Below, piece by piece: positions 1 through 10,961 of a stretch of DNA of 17,347 nucleotides. This DNA is from Paraspadella gotoi (taxonomy: Eukaryota; Animalia; Chaetognatha): NCBI GenBank assembly GCA_051294375.1, contig JBJCIZ010000852.1:1-17347 (forward strand). The letters run 5' to 3'. Position 1 is the first letter of the stretch, and each line of letters opens with the position of its first letter. Both the position numbers and the translations under genes were made by a program. A model generated the notes under the pieces. The model had not been told where the DNA came from, searched no databases, and saw only the letters and a list, made by a program, of their open reading frames with translations.

Positions 1-191
1 CCGACCCAATGTCAATTGCGTTCCAAATATGTAGCGAATTCTTATTGATTACCATCCTTTTATCTCTTTAGGTGGATCTCACATGAAGTGAAACATATAT
101 ATTGAAAGAAAATTTTTCTGTCTTTCCTGTGAGGAAAATGGCAACAATAATATCGATAATGTGAAAATTTGATGGAACATTCACAGAAGCA

Positions 192-309
192 AGAGAGAGG
201 AGAGACGAGAGAGAGGAGAGAGAGACGACGAGAGAAGAGAGAGAGCAGAGAGAGACGAGACGAGAGAGGAGGAGAGAGCGACGCACACGGAGGAGGGAGA
301 GAGAGGAGA
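192..309. repeat. Imperfect (GA)n polypurine tract
   Basis: gagagag runs interrupted by gg, gac and gca. This explains the S/L-rich ORF 68..361 (-). Confidence 0.9.
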
Positions 310-885
310 CGTTGCGTTTCTCCGAAACGTTATACGCAGGACTAGAAAAAATGTAACTCACAAACGAACAACGTTCAAATCATCGTTCGTTTAAAGTGGA
401 CGAGCTCGATTACGAATGCCGTGCTTTCCTTTTTTCTTCCTCTTCCTAATCTTAAGCAGGTCTTAAAAAAAACAAGCCCAAAATGCTTGACCACGCCGCA
501 CAAGCTCAGAAAAACGAGTAAGTCTATAAAACAGATCCTTTTTTCCCAAAAAAAAATTAGCTACTCTCCGTCAATTCATTCTTCGAAAATAAATTACTGA
601 GCCAGACGAAATTCCTTCTTGGCGATTTTCCGAATTGTGTTTAGATTTTATTTTCTTTTTCTTCTTTCGAATCCCTGACATTTTTAAATGGTCATGTCGG
701 ACATTTCGTCTATTATTTTCCAAACAAAATTAACAAACGTTATTATTTATATTAGCCAAATACCCGGATCTGTGAGTAGAATCACTGAACATTTCCAATT
801 TATCACTCCCGCGGACTTGAGCACTTGTCGAACAAGTCATTCTTACCGTAACTCCCAGGTTCTTAAACCAGCTCCTGCGCAGGAA

Positions 886-1113
886 TCTCTCTCTCTCTAC
901 TCTCTCCTCCTCTTCTCCTCCCTCCCTTACACCCTTCCATCCCGTTACCCCCCTTCTATGCCTCTCCCTTCCTCCCTTCCTCCCCTACAGTCCCTCCTCC
1001 GCCCTCTCCACAACCCTGCCCGCCCTCCCCTCTCTCTCTCTCATCTCTTCTCCTTCACCTCTCTACTCTTCCTCCCTTCTCTCTCTCTCTCTCTCTCTCT
1101 CCTCTCTCTCCTC
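886..1113. repeat. Imperfect (CT)n / C-rich polypyrimidine tract
   Basis: ctctct runs flank a C-run-rich core at about 920-1030. Confidence 0.9.
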
Positions 1114-1589
1114 TGTCCACGAACATAACCTCTCTTTTTTATTTTAAGCTCTCTTTTTGACACAAGTGGCCGATCCATTTCTCACTAAATACCTGGGCGT
1201 CCCCTAATATATCAAACATAAACCCCAGGCCTCGGCCGGCCTTCAATTTTTTTCGTCACCGTCACAAAAAAATTCACCTTTCTCTTCACTTCCGCAAAAT
1301 AAAATAAACATTTCCCTTTTTTTTACTCGCCCCTCCCACCCAATTATTTCTCCTTTCTTCTTTTATTTCCTATCTTTTCTCTCTGGCTCCTCGCTTTTTA
1401 TCCGCGAGTTGACGTGAGGAAGAGCAATTACATGCGGTGAGTAATAAATTCGACTGTAGAGAATAAAAGGCAGCTGAAGTCGAGACGCAAAAAAACTACC
1501 TGGAGCTTACCCTCCTCGTGCCTCCAGGCCTAAGTAATTCACTTTTTCCTTCCTTACTCCTCCTCCGAGGGCTAAATGATTAACTCTAA

Positions 1590-1960
1590 GAGTGTTTTTT
1601 TTTTATTGATTTAAAAACTAATTGCAATTTTAGATCAAATAACTAATAAATGAATCAATCGCACATCTCCAAAAACAATGTAAAATAACTAGCAAAATAT
1701 TCTATTAAAATATGTTTCTATTTAATATTCACTATAAATTTTGCGATAATATTTAAGAATAATTATATACTTTAAAACTTCAAATAATTTTGAGATTTTT
1801 AGTATATTAAAAAATTAGTATTACATTTTAAATATGAACTTAATGATTACATTGCCTTGTATAAAAAGCAAATTTCATCCAACCATTAAGTAATCATTTT
1901 AAGTATAATCAGTAAGAACTCTTTAATACAAACAATTTAAAATAATGATACTTTTAAATT
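1590..1960. other. Very AT-rich non-coding block
   Basis: Sparse G/C, frequent stop codons and no ORF in the track. Confidence 0.75.
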
Positions 1961-2828
1961 GCAAGTGCAAGCTAACTTATCGCCGGTACAGCTACTGCAA
2001 TCTCTTACCTTCACCACATCCTACACTCTCCACAAGTGATCCCACCACTTGAGTTGATCCCACACAAGTGAGCTCCACTGAACCCCCGTAGGAATTCATC
2101 CGCTTTTCTTAATTCTTCTCACCTTTTTCGCGGCGAAAAACCGAAAGTTTCAAATCCTCAAGAAAGAAAAAAGTAAGAACTTTTTTCTCTATTCTTCAGA
2201 TCGGCGGGTAAATGTTGAAAAAAAAATAGCAACAGCACGCGCGTGAATCTGCTGGTCGATCGTTTTTTTTTGATTTAACAAAAATCTGAAACTATACTGC
2301 TGAGATCGTCTTTTTTATCTTCACGACGGCAGTATCGTATGAACGCGACTACGCGAGGTTATATTTTTGTCGTCGCCTACGACTTTAGCTGTGCAGGTTT
2401 GTTTTGGTTATTTTCATATAATAATATCAATGTCGCCTGCGAATTACCACTTTAGTCGAGTAGCTCATATGCCATTATATCACATCATTTCTTCACATCA
2501 TGTTAATCAAGTCCACTCTCTCATAGGTCCTTTTTTTTATGTTGTTCTTATTTTTGTTCTGCTCTTTGACGATTAATGGTGATAATAGTGAACGCATTGT
2601 GAACGCACTGAAATGTTACGCAGTGTGAACGATACCACTGAGGAATACTTGGAATCTTCTCGTTGCGCGATGATCAGATGAAGTTGAAAGACGATTGGTT
2701 TTTTTAACTCACTTACCAAAATGAAAAAAAAAGTAAATGACCTCCGACCATCTAAACGCGAACCTGTTAAAATAAATATGTACTTTGATAAGACTCAAAC
2801 ATTGTTCGAAATCCGAATTCGGATCGAA

Positions 2829-3000
2829 AGAGAGAGCAAGATCGAGAGAAAGATGAGAGACGAATGAGGCAGAGAGAGAGAGAGAGAGGGATGAGACGAA
2901 GCAGACTATTCGGAATGAGAGAGAGAGAGAGAGAGACGATTCGCCTATCATCGGAGCAGCATGAAGAGAGAGAGAGGAGAGAGAGAGGACAACGAGAGAA
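2829..3000. repeat. Imperfect (GA)n tract
   Basis: Several agagag runs separated by short spacers. Confidence 0.85.
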
Positions 3001-3110
3001 TGAAAAATCAGTGTTCCTATTTGTCCGGATGCAATAATTTTTTTAAAAGTGTGCTACAATACATACGAATAGCACGAGAGTAATGAAAATAATAAACAGT
3101 ATAAGGTTAC

Positions 3111-3305
3111 CAAAAGAAAGCGAAGAAAGGCAAAAACCGAAGAGGGAAAAAAAAAACGAAAAGAAAGAACAAAAGAAAAGAAGAAGACGAACGAAATGAA
3201 AGAAAGAAAGAAAGAAAGAAATGACAAGAAAGAAAAGAAAGACAAGAAGAAAGGAAAGAAAAAAAAAGAAAAGAAAAGAAAGAAAAGAAAAGAAAAGAAA
3301 AGAAA
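3111..3305. repeat. (GAAA)n/(GAAAA)n polypurine microsatellite
   Basis: aagaaagaaag and aagaaaagaaaag arrays with very few pyrimidines. Confidence 0.9.
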
Positions 3306-4143
3306 TTGAATCTGATTCTGCGGCAAAATCTCGAAAAAGAGGTAAGTTCACAACTCGAGTCTTCAGGGGGTAAGCAGCTTTGACTCACAAGTAAGGTAAG
3401 TCGCCACGAGGTGAGTTCGAGGCGAGGCGAATAAATATGTTCGTCTCGAATTCGCCAGATTTTGTTCCGGAAACCAAACCTAATCTTTCGACGAGTTTTG
3501 TTATTCTTTTCTCTTCACGAGTTACTGTGAGTTAATGGACATGCCCAGCATGGTTTTTGGGCACGGCAGGTATGTTTCAACCTGAGTTTTTTACATTCAA
3601 TATTTTTCACACCCATATCTTTTAAAATCTTTTTTTGGGGGGGGGGATCATTCCGATTTACGGAATCCTCGAGTTTCTTTGATGAAACTTTTACAATTCT
3701 CCACATTTTTTCCAAACTACCAATGGTACTAATACAATCAACAGATTTTTCTTAATCGGGCTTCGTTCAAAGGTACTGATCCCTTTCCCCTCACCTTTAT
3801 TCCATGATCCCCTAATTACCGACACGTTTTTCTCATTACCGACGTCTCACCAATCAATTAGCGATCAGTGAGTCCCGCTCCGAATTCACACCACGCTCCT
3901 TTTCCTCGATTCACTGACCCAGCGTGACCCGCGGTTCTCAATCTTCTTTTCTTCCGGCGAATCTCGAATCCTCTCGCCGCGACAGATGCCATTCGCCGTG
4001 GCATATGCCGTCCGCCAGATCCGCCGATGCCATCGACGGATGCCATTCGAATTTCGGCGACATAAGGGAGAGAAAATGTTTCATCTTGAGTCGAAAGAAA
4101 AAAAGGGAAAGTGAAAGAAGGAGGAAAGTCATCCGTGATAGGG

Positions 4144-4181
4144 GTCGTCGTCGTCGTCGTTGTTGTTGTTGTTGTTGTTGT
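4144..4181. repeat. Compound (GTC)n-(GTT)n microsatellite
   Basis: gtcgtcgtcgtcgtc runs in phase into gttgttgttgttgttgttgtt. Confidence 0.95.
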
Positions 4182-4265
4182 TTGATTTTTGTCGCCATCG
4201 ATTTGAGGAGGTTCGTCACTTGAGTTAATATCAAAGACACCGCCGTTTAATAAGAATAAAATTAT

Positions 4266-4745
4266 CTTTTCCTTTTTTATTTTTTCCTTTCTTTCCTTTC
4301 CTTTTCCTTTCTTCTTATTCTTTTCTTTCTTTCTTTTCTTTTCTTTTCTTTTCTTTCTTTTATTTTCTTTCTTTTTCTTTTCTTTTCTTTTTTTTCTTTT
4401 TTTTCTTTTTTTCTTTTTCTTTTCTTTTTTTCTTTCTTTCTTTTCTTTCTTTTCTTTTCTTTTCTTTTCTTTTCTTTTCTTTTCTATTTTCTTTATTTTC
4501 TTTTCCTTTCTTTTTTTTCTTTTCTTTTCCTTTCTTTCTTTTCTTTTCTTTTTCTTTTTTTTCTTCTTTTCTTTTCTTTTCTTTTCTTTTCTTTTCTTTC
4601 CTTTATCCTTCTTCTTTTCTTTTCTTTTCTTTTCTTTTCTTTCTTATTCTTTTCTTTCTTTTCTTTTCTTTTTCTTTTCATATTCTTTTCTTTTCTTTTC
4701 TTTTCTTTTCTTTTCTTTCTTTTCTTTTCTTTTTTTTCTTTTCTA
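4266..4745. repeat. Long imperfect (CTTTT)n/(CTTT)n polypyrimidine array, about 480 bp
   Basis: Continuous ttttc units with variable T-run length. This explains the K/R/E ORF 4493..4681 (-). Confidence 0.95.
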
Positions 4746-5074
4746 TTTATCTTTTTAATTTTTCATACTCAGCTGTTCAATAGTTCAAAACAAATAACAC
4801 TTTGGTTTTAAAGAACAATCTCAAAACAAAATAACTGTTTACATCATTTAAGCACGTGACGATGAAAATATTTACATACTGATCATCTCAATCTAAAATT
4901 ATAATAAATGTTATTTCATACATTGTTTAACGACCAACCGATGCTTCCAGCCTCTTTCTCCAACAGAGCGATGGGAAATCGCCAAGGGACATGGAATGCA
5001 AGGATCCAAGAGCAAGAGTCTCTTGGAGAACGCGTGGCGATTGCGACATCAACGTCCAAGGGGCGGAATCGTGC

Positions 5075-5113
5075 GTCGTCGTGGTCGTCGTCGTCGTCGT
5101 CGTAGTCGTCGTC
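5075..5113. repeat. Imperfect (GTC)n
   Basis: gtcgtcgtggtcgtcgtcgtcgtcgtcgtagtcgtcgtc. Confidence 0.9.
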
Positions 5114-5204
5114 CTCTCTTGCTGAGTGGATATCACGCAATATTTATCGCATCATGATTTTTTTTCTATTGCGAAGGACGATGACGAATGAAAATGATGC
5201 AATA

Positions 5205-5295
5205 GATGATGATGATTGATGATGATGATGATGATTGATTATGATATGATGATGATGATGATGATGATGCATTGATGATGATGATGATTGATGAC

Positions 5296-5342
<47 letters not shown>
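5205..5342. repeat. Compound imperfect (GAT)n followed by perfect (GAC)15
   Basis: gatgat array at 5205-5292, then an uninterrupted gac array at 5298-5342. Confidence 0.95.
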
Positions 5343-5583
5343 CCCGACGATGGGAAGGTTAAAAAATGACTACGATGGAAAAAACGAAAACACAATTTTT
5401 TCTGAAATTCTTAACGGTGTAAACATTTTGAGTCAATTCTATCAACGCGAATTGTATGAAATTTCTTTTACAACTGTACATGCCTATACACAAAGAGGAA
5501 TTGTTTCATCACTTTCTTTCCACACGAGGCGAATGGAAGGAAGATCCGGCGTTCAAAGGTCGATTTCCGGCTACGAACGAATT

Positions 5584-5624
5584 ACGACGACGACGACGAC
5601 GACGACCGACGACGGACGACGACG
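5584..5624. repeat. Imperfect (GAC)n
   Basis: gac array with single-base insertions (gaccgac, gacggac). Confidence 0.9.
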
Positions 5625-5683
5625 AGATTAACGATTATAGATATCGCTTTATTTTCTCCATTTTTAATGTCATCCTTATTCCA

Positions 5684-5786
5684 TTCTCCCGTTTCCGTTT
5701 CTCCCGTTCTCCCCTTCTCCCGTTCTCCCGTTCTCCCGTTCTCCCGTTCTCCCGCTTCTCCCGTTTTCTCCCGTCTCCGTTCTCCC
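5684..5786. repeat. 8-bp tandem repeat (TTCTCCCG)n, about 12 degenerate copies
   Basis: Perfect core ttctcccgttctcccgttctcccgttctcccgttctcccg with degenerate flanks. Confidence 0.9.
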
Positions 5787-6377
5787 TAACTCCACCCATC
5801 CTCTCGCCCCATCCCTGGCCTCTTACCCTCTTCCTCTTCAGCGATGAGTCGTACGACCGAAAACTCAAAAAAAATGGAGCCACACAGTTTTTTTTATTTT
5901 TTTAAATTTTCTTAATTTTTTTTCTTTTTCTCTTTCTTTTTATCTTTTTTTCTCAGTGGGATGCTCTCTTTTATGTGGTTCAATTATTTTTACTTTAGGG
6001 GATGTTTTCAAACCTAGCTTCATTGAATGTTTTTTTAAAGACTTTTTAAACAATTACTATGAATATTTAATGAATCAGTATATTTTAACATTACCTTAAT
6101 ATTATTAATCATATATTTTCATTACTTTAAACCTTAAACCTTACCTTACTTTAACTTACCTCACAGCAAAAACATAGTCATAATTATGTTTTAATTATAT
6201 TGTCTGGTGGGTTTTTTCGCGCGTGGACTAAATTGATCTAGTCTAATCGGTCGACTCGAATTTGCAGCCAAAAAAATTTCTCGATTATGCAAATGAGGTC
6301 GATTTTGGGCCGCGCGAATCCGGGCGTTATAAGAGAGAGACGCTTTCCTAATAGGAAATCGAACTATGAATCACTGT

Positions 6378-6511
<134 letters not shown>

Positions 6512-7225
6512 ATGCAGACTCTGGCAAACCCTTATTGACGATAAGATTTATTGACAATCACAATGGAATATTAATGCCAGACAAACATCCTTTCTCCCGA
6601 TCAAATTTAACCCTGTACATGCCCTTCACGGTGCATAATTGTACCGTGTGACTCAAGGATATCGTCATTAGTAAGCTGTTTACTGAAAGGTGTGCAAATT
6701 TGGCATTGTTCGGTTATATTTATCCTATTTCAGCAAGGCATTTGATCAGCATGTCGTAAAACTTTTATAAATGATTTGAAAATCAAATTACACGATTTCA
6801 AAAGTTTTAGATCATGGAAGTAACTAAATTGCTATTGTATAAATAATAAAAAGTTAAATAGTTTGTTTTCTTTTATTCCTCTGAACTTTAATCCTTAATT
6901 TCTGCCATGACAAATCGTACTTGTTTTGAGAACATAACATAATGTTTGCTTTTACTGTTTGGTCTTTTGGCAATTGTGTATTTTTCAATTCTTCATTGTT
7001 TAGAAATGTAAGCAGATTTCTCTTATAATATCGGTGGATCGAAGATAAATATAATTTTTTTTTAACTCATCTTTTTTTTCTACGGAGAAGAACTGAAGCG
7101 TTAAAAGTAAGTTTTAGGATGGAGGTAAAATGATCCACCCGGGTCGGGAGTCATAAATGGATTTCTCGGTCTCTCTTCCAAAACCCGATGCCAAAGGGGC
7201 TGACCCTTGGGGCCGTGGAGCAACG

Positions 7226-7350
7226 CTCTCGCTCTCCTGCATCTCCTCTCTCTCTCTCTCGCTCTCTCTGCCTCTCTCTCTCTCTCTCTCTTCTCTCTCC
7301 TCTACATCTCTCTCTCTCTCTTCTCCTCGTCTCTCTTCTCTCCATCTCTT
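7226..7350. repeat. Imperfect (CT)n tract
   Basis: ctctct runs with short interruptions. Confidence 0.9.
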
Positions 7351-9083
7351 ATCGGTTGCCGTGCCGAGAAAGGGAAAGCCTTACTCGGCGAAGTCATGGA
7401 ATTTTGCACATCGTCCAGATTCGTTCGCTACCGCAGCGCACAAGGAGAGGGACAGACACTTTCCGTCGACGTGGCGACAGACGAAAAGGGACAGACAGAG
7501 ATGACAGAACAAAAAATAACCCCTGTCTGCCGCGAGAAAGAACGAGAGGATAGAAAGAATTGGAGTAAGATAGGAAGCGAGAAGAGAAGGAGAACTAAGA
7601 AGGGCAGCAAGGGGAAAAGAAGGCTGAAGGAAAGAAGAGAGAGCGAAGAAAGCAGAAAAAGAAAAGATTGTATATCGATTATCTAATAAAGTGCGTTTTT
7701 TTCTTTTTTTTTCTGGGTTGTTGTTGTTATTCGTTGTGAGGCCGATTGTTTGGGTTTGAAACTTTGTTCTCAGAAATCTAGGTCCTATTATTCTATTATT
7801 GCAGTCGTTACTGTCTAGAGTTTGTGTGGTCTATTTGATAAGCGCATAATTTCAATGCAAACAGCATGTTCAAATTAAAAGAGATATGGGGAAAGAGTAA
7901 GACCAAAAAACGCTGTCAATATAGCGATTTAAATGCCTCTGGCGCCAATGAGTATGAAGCAAGTTCGCCTTCGAGAGCCATGGGCCGCGGAATACGGGAG
8001 CGACGCAAAGTGGCCAATCCCCAGACCCGACGAACCAGCTTGAGGTTCCTCTTAGCAGATACTAAAGATTCTCCCTCTTAACTTCGTTGATTAGCGACTC
8101 TGGATCGATGTCGACGGCGTAAGTGCGCTCCTTTCGCTGTGTACAGCAGCTTCCGTCGTCGTTCGTCGCGTCGTTACGTCGTCGTCGTCGTCGCCCGGGA
8201 GTCTCGCCGCCATCGGCTTCGCAAGAATTTCTTAACACAAAGGAGGAAAAGAAAGAAAGCCTTTTCCTTCTAAGATTGCTGAGATTTTTTGAAATAGGTC
8301 GCCGGCAAAAACCAAAAAAGGAGGGGACAAGTCAAGAAACTCGCCATTTTTAGTTTTCTATTATTGAGGAAGTATCGTTTGTAAGTTGGCGTGACGAGAA
8401 TATTCGGCGAGCAGCTCCTAAACAGTCACTTTTGCGGGTCAGTCGTGTCTGGATGTCCTTTTAAGTTTGAAGATTGGTTTTCCACTTGACTAGTATGACT
8501 TAATTAATAGTTAGATGAGAGCTTTGGTAGCCCTTGATATGCTTAATGGTGTAATATGCTTATCGTGTGATGTGTGTGTCGGATTAGTGCTGTGTATGTT
8601 CAAGGTTATTATGCTGGTAGTAACATATGTGAATTGAAGGGTGTGTGCTACATTGTTGTGAAGTTTTTTGGGTTTTTTTTCTAGGAATTGCCGCCATTCG
8701 TCATGGATTTTTAGTTTTGGTTTTCCGTCTTGAATTGTTTCGCGGAATAAAAATTCGCAAATTGGTGGCAAAAAAATGGTCAAACTATTGTGACGCAGAA
8801 AATGAATATCAAACTTTAGTTGTTTTTTTTTGTTTTTTGTTTTTTGTTTGTTTTGATGAAGCCACGGCGAGTAGAAAATCGGATATATAGCTTGACGTAA
8901 TTTTATGTAGAATGATTATCTCATAATATAAAAAATGGTTGATTTTGTTTCGAATCGAGAAAATTCGACAAGGAAATTTATCAAATTTCCTTTCGGAATC
9001 ATCGAACGCGGAATTGAGGGTTCGGTTCCGCACCGCAAGACCGATCCTCGTCCAGTTCAAGTAAAAAATGTAAATTTCACTAT

Positions 9084-9154
9084 GAAAAGGAGAAGGAAAA
9101 AAAAAAAAAAAAAAAAAAAAGAAAAAGAGAAAAAAAAACGAAAAAAGAATAGAA
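9084..9154. repeat. A-rich tract containing A24 (9097-9120)
   Basis: Homopolymer read directly from the sequence. Confidence 0.9.
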
Positions 9155-9210
9155 ACAATTTACATTAATGCTGGTGCCGTTTCGTGCGGGCTCGGCGACC
9201 CAGATTGATC

Positions 9211-9212
9211 CC

Positions 9213-9243
<31 letters not shown>

Positions 9244-9285
9244 GTCTCATGCTCTCTGCTCTCTCTCTCTTATCTGCTCTCTCTC
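9211..9285. repeat. Imperfect (CT)n tract
   Basis: ctctct runs with g interruptions. Confidence 0.9.
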
Positions 9286-10549
9286 GTTCGTTTCGGGCCG
9301 CTGCTCCCTCGTGCTCTCCACCTGCGCCACCGGTCCGCTTCTTTCAGGAAACCATGGTTCTTTGCCTCCCGGCAAGACCTCTTCCGGCCACAAAAATCCA
9401 TTCGAGTATTTTTTTAAATGGAGCCAAAAAAGAAACATTGATAAAAAAGCGAAGAAGTTTTTTAATTTATATATTTCAGGAAGGAATTCGGAATTTTTTT
9501 TAAGGGACCTGCAGTTGATAAAATGATCAATCATAAGCTTTAAGTGCTAATCATCAATAGGAATGTTGAATGGTGATAGTCATTAATTTTGTCATTTCGG
9601 CACGGGAAATGGCAAAAAAATTCCTATCTCTTTTCGTAGGGCTGAAACAAAAATTAATAATTATGAAAAAAACATTTAGTTGACCCTACCTAAATATTTA
9701 TATAATCGCAGTTATTGTTATTTTTGTATTAGAAAGATATTTTTACTAAATCTCCAATTTTGTTATTTTTTACTATACAGAAGCTACAATTTTATGGTTT
9801 AAGCCTCATTGAACAAAGGCTTTACAATACATAATATTTTTAATATTTTTTATATTAATATAACTTAAAACGCAGACAAATCAAACCTGAAATTTGCTAT
9901 TCCTTACAGCGAGAACAAAACTGTAATAATATTATTAACTATTCCATATTCATGCCGCTTAATGTATTATTAAACTATATTGGATTCCTAATTATAAGAA
10001 ATTAAAAAATTTAGTCAAAAGTTAAAGAATCCTTTCTCTTCTTTTATAATTTAATTAACTCGAAAGAGTTTTATTTTCATTCCAATTAACAGGAATCATT
10101 TGAAAAGAAAATTTAAAATAAATCGTCCGATACCTGTAAATTTTGATTCATTCCTAGTTTTTTTTATAAGATTTGTTATGATAAAGAAGCTGAAAATCTT
10201 TATTTTAAAAATTTGTTTTGGGGAAAAAAAAAATTTTACAATTTGAAAAAGATTTTCTTCTTACCCGATTTTTTAGAAGAATTAAAGCTGGCTGATTTTA
10301 TCGAAGTTTTTAACTACTTTCGCCAAATGATTATAGAAAAAAAGAATTATATAGTCAGAAACCAGCTTAAGTATAAAGGGTAAACATTTTGTTCAAGCTT
10401 TTTTAACCCCCCCTGTTACACGATTGGTCCCCTTAAGAGGCGTTTTGTTTACTTTTCAGACTTTTCTTAAACTTTTTGTTTATTTTTTATTTTATTTCTT
10501 TCTTCTGGTTTTTTCGTTTCGCGCGACCTCCAGTTGCTGGAGGTGGGAC

Positions 10550-10629
10550 GAGAGGAGAGATGAAAAGAGAGAGAGACGAGAGAGAGAGAGAGAGAGAGAA
10601 GGAAGAGAGAGAGAGAGAGAGAGAGGAGA
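10550..10629. repeat. Imperfect (GA)n tract, followed by degenerate GTC-rich sequence to about 10826
   Basis: gagaga runs, then scattered cgtcgtc. Confidence 0.9.
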
Positions 10630-10961
10630 CGTCGTCCAATGGCATCGTCGTATGATTATTTGTCACCGTGCACCCGGTCGGGACTGTGCATGCATATCTC
10701 CGTCGTCATGGTCGCCCCTGACCGGTTTCTACGTCGTTGAAAGATCGTCTCCATTGCACGTCGGTCGTCGTCTATGCGTCGTCGGTACGTCTTTGCGTTC
10801 GTCGCCGTTTGTTGTCGCTCGTCCGTCTCGGATCTCAAAAACTTGATATCCAGAGGGAAATCAGTGATCGCGCGATCTTCTTGGGGAGAAAAATTAGTTA
10901 TATTTTAATTTGAGACATTGTTCAAATGTTTTTAGAAAATGAAATGACAATCCGAACGCGT

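Noticed and set aside
151-158. Single DRE motif TATCGATA
   Set aside because: One 8-mer is expected by chance in AT-rich sequence and has no supporting context.
2173-2213. Donor, acceptor (ttcttcag) and donor series suggesting a mini-intron or micro-exon
   Set aside because: The implied intron of about 27 nt is very short, and there is no coding context.
3515-3715. Protein-like 66-aa minus-strand ORF
   Set aside because: It is short, crosses homopolymer runs and matches no family I recognise.
6129-6162. Telomere-like repeats (aaccttaaaccttacc; also aaccttaacctt near 11816)
   Set aside because: Only 2-3 degenerate units, and they are not TTAGG or TTAGGG arrays.
8511-8783. 90-aa minus-strand ORF with a helical-looking stretch (KLKIHDEWRQFLEKK)
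   Set aside because: No identifiable motif and no supporting exon structure.
10403-10415. piggyBac-like end (TTAA followed by CCC; also ttaaccctg near 6607)
   Set aside because: I found no matching GGGTTAA inverted end and no transposase.
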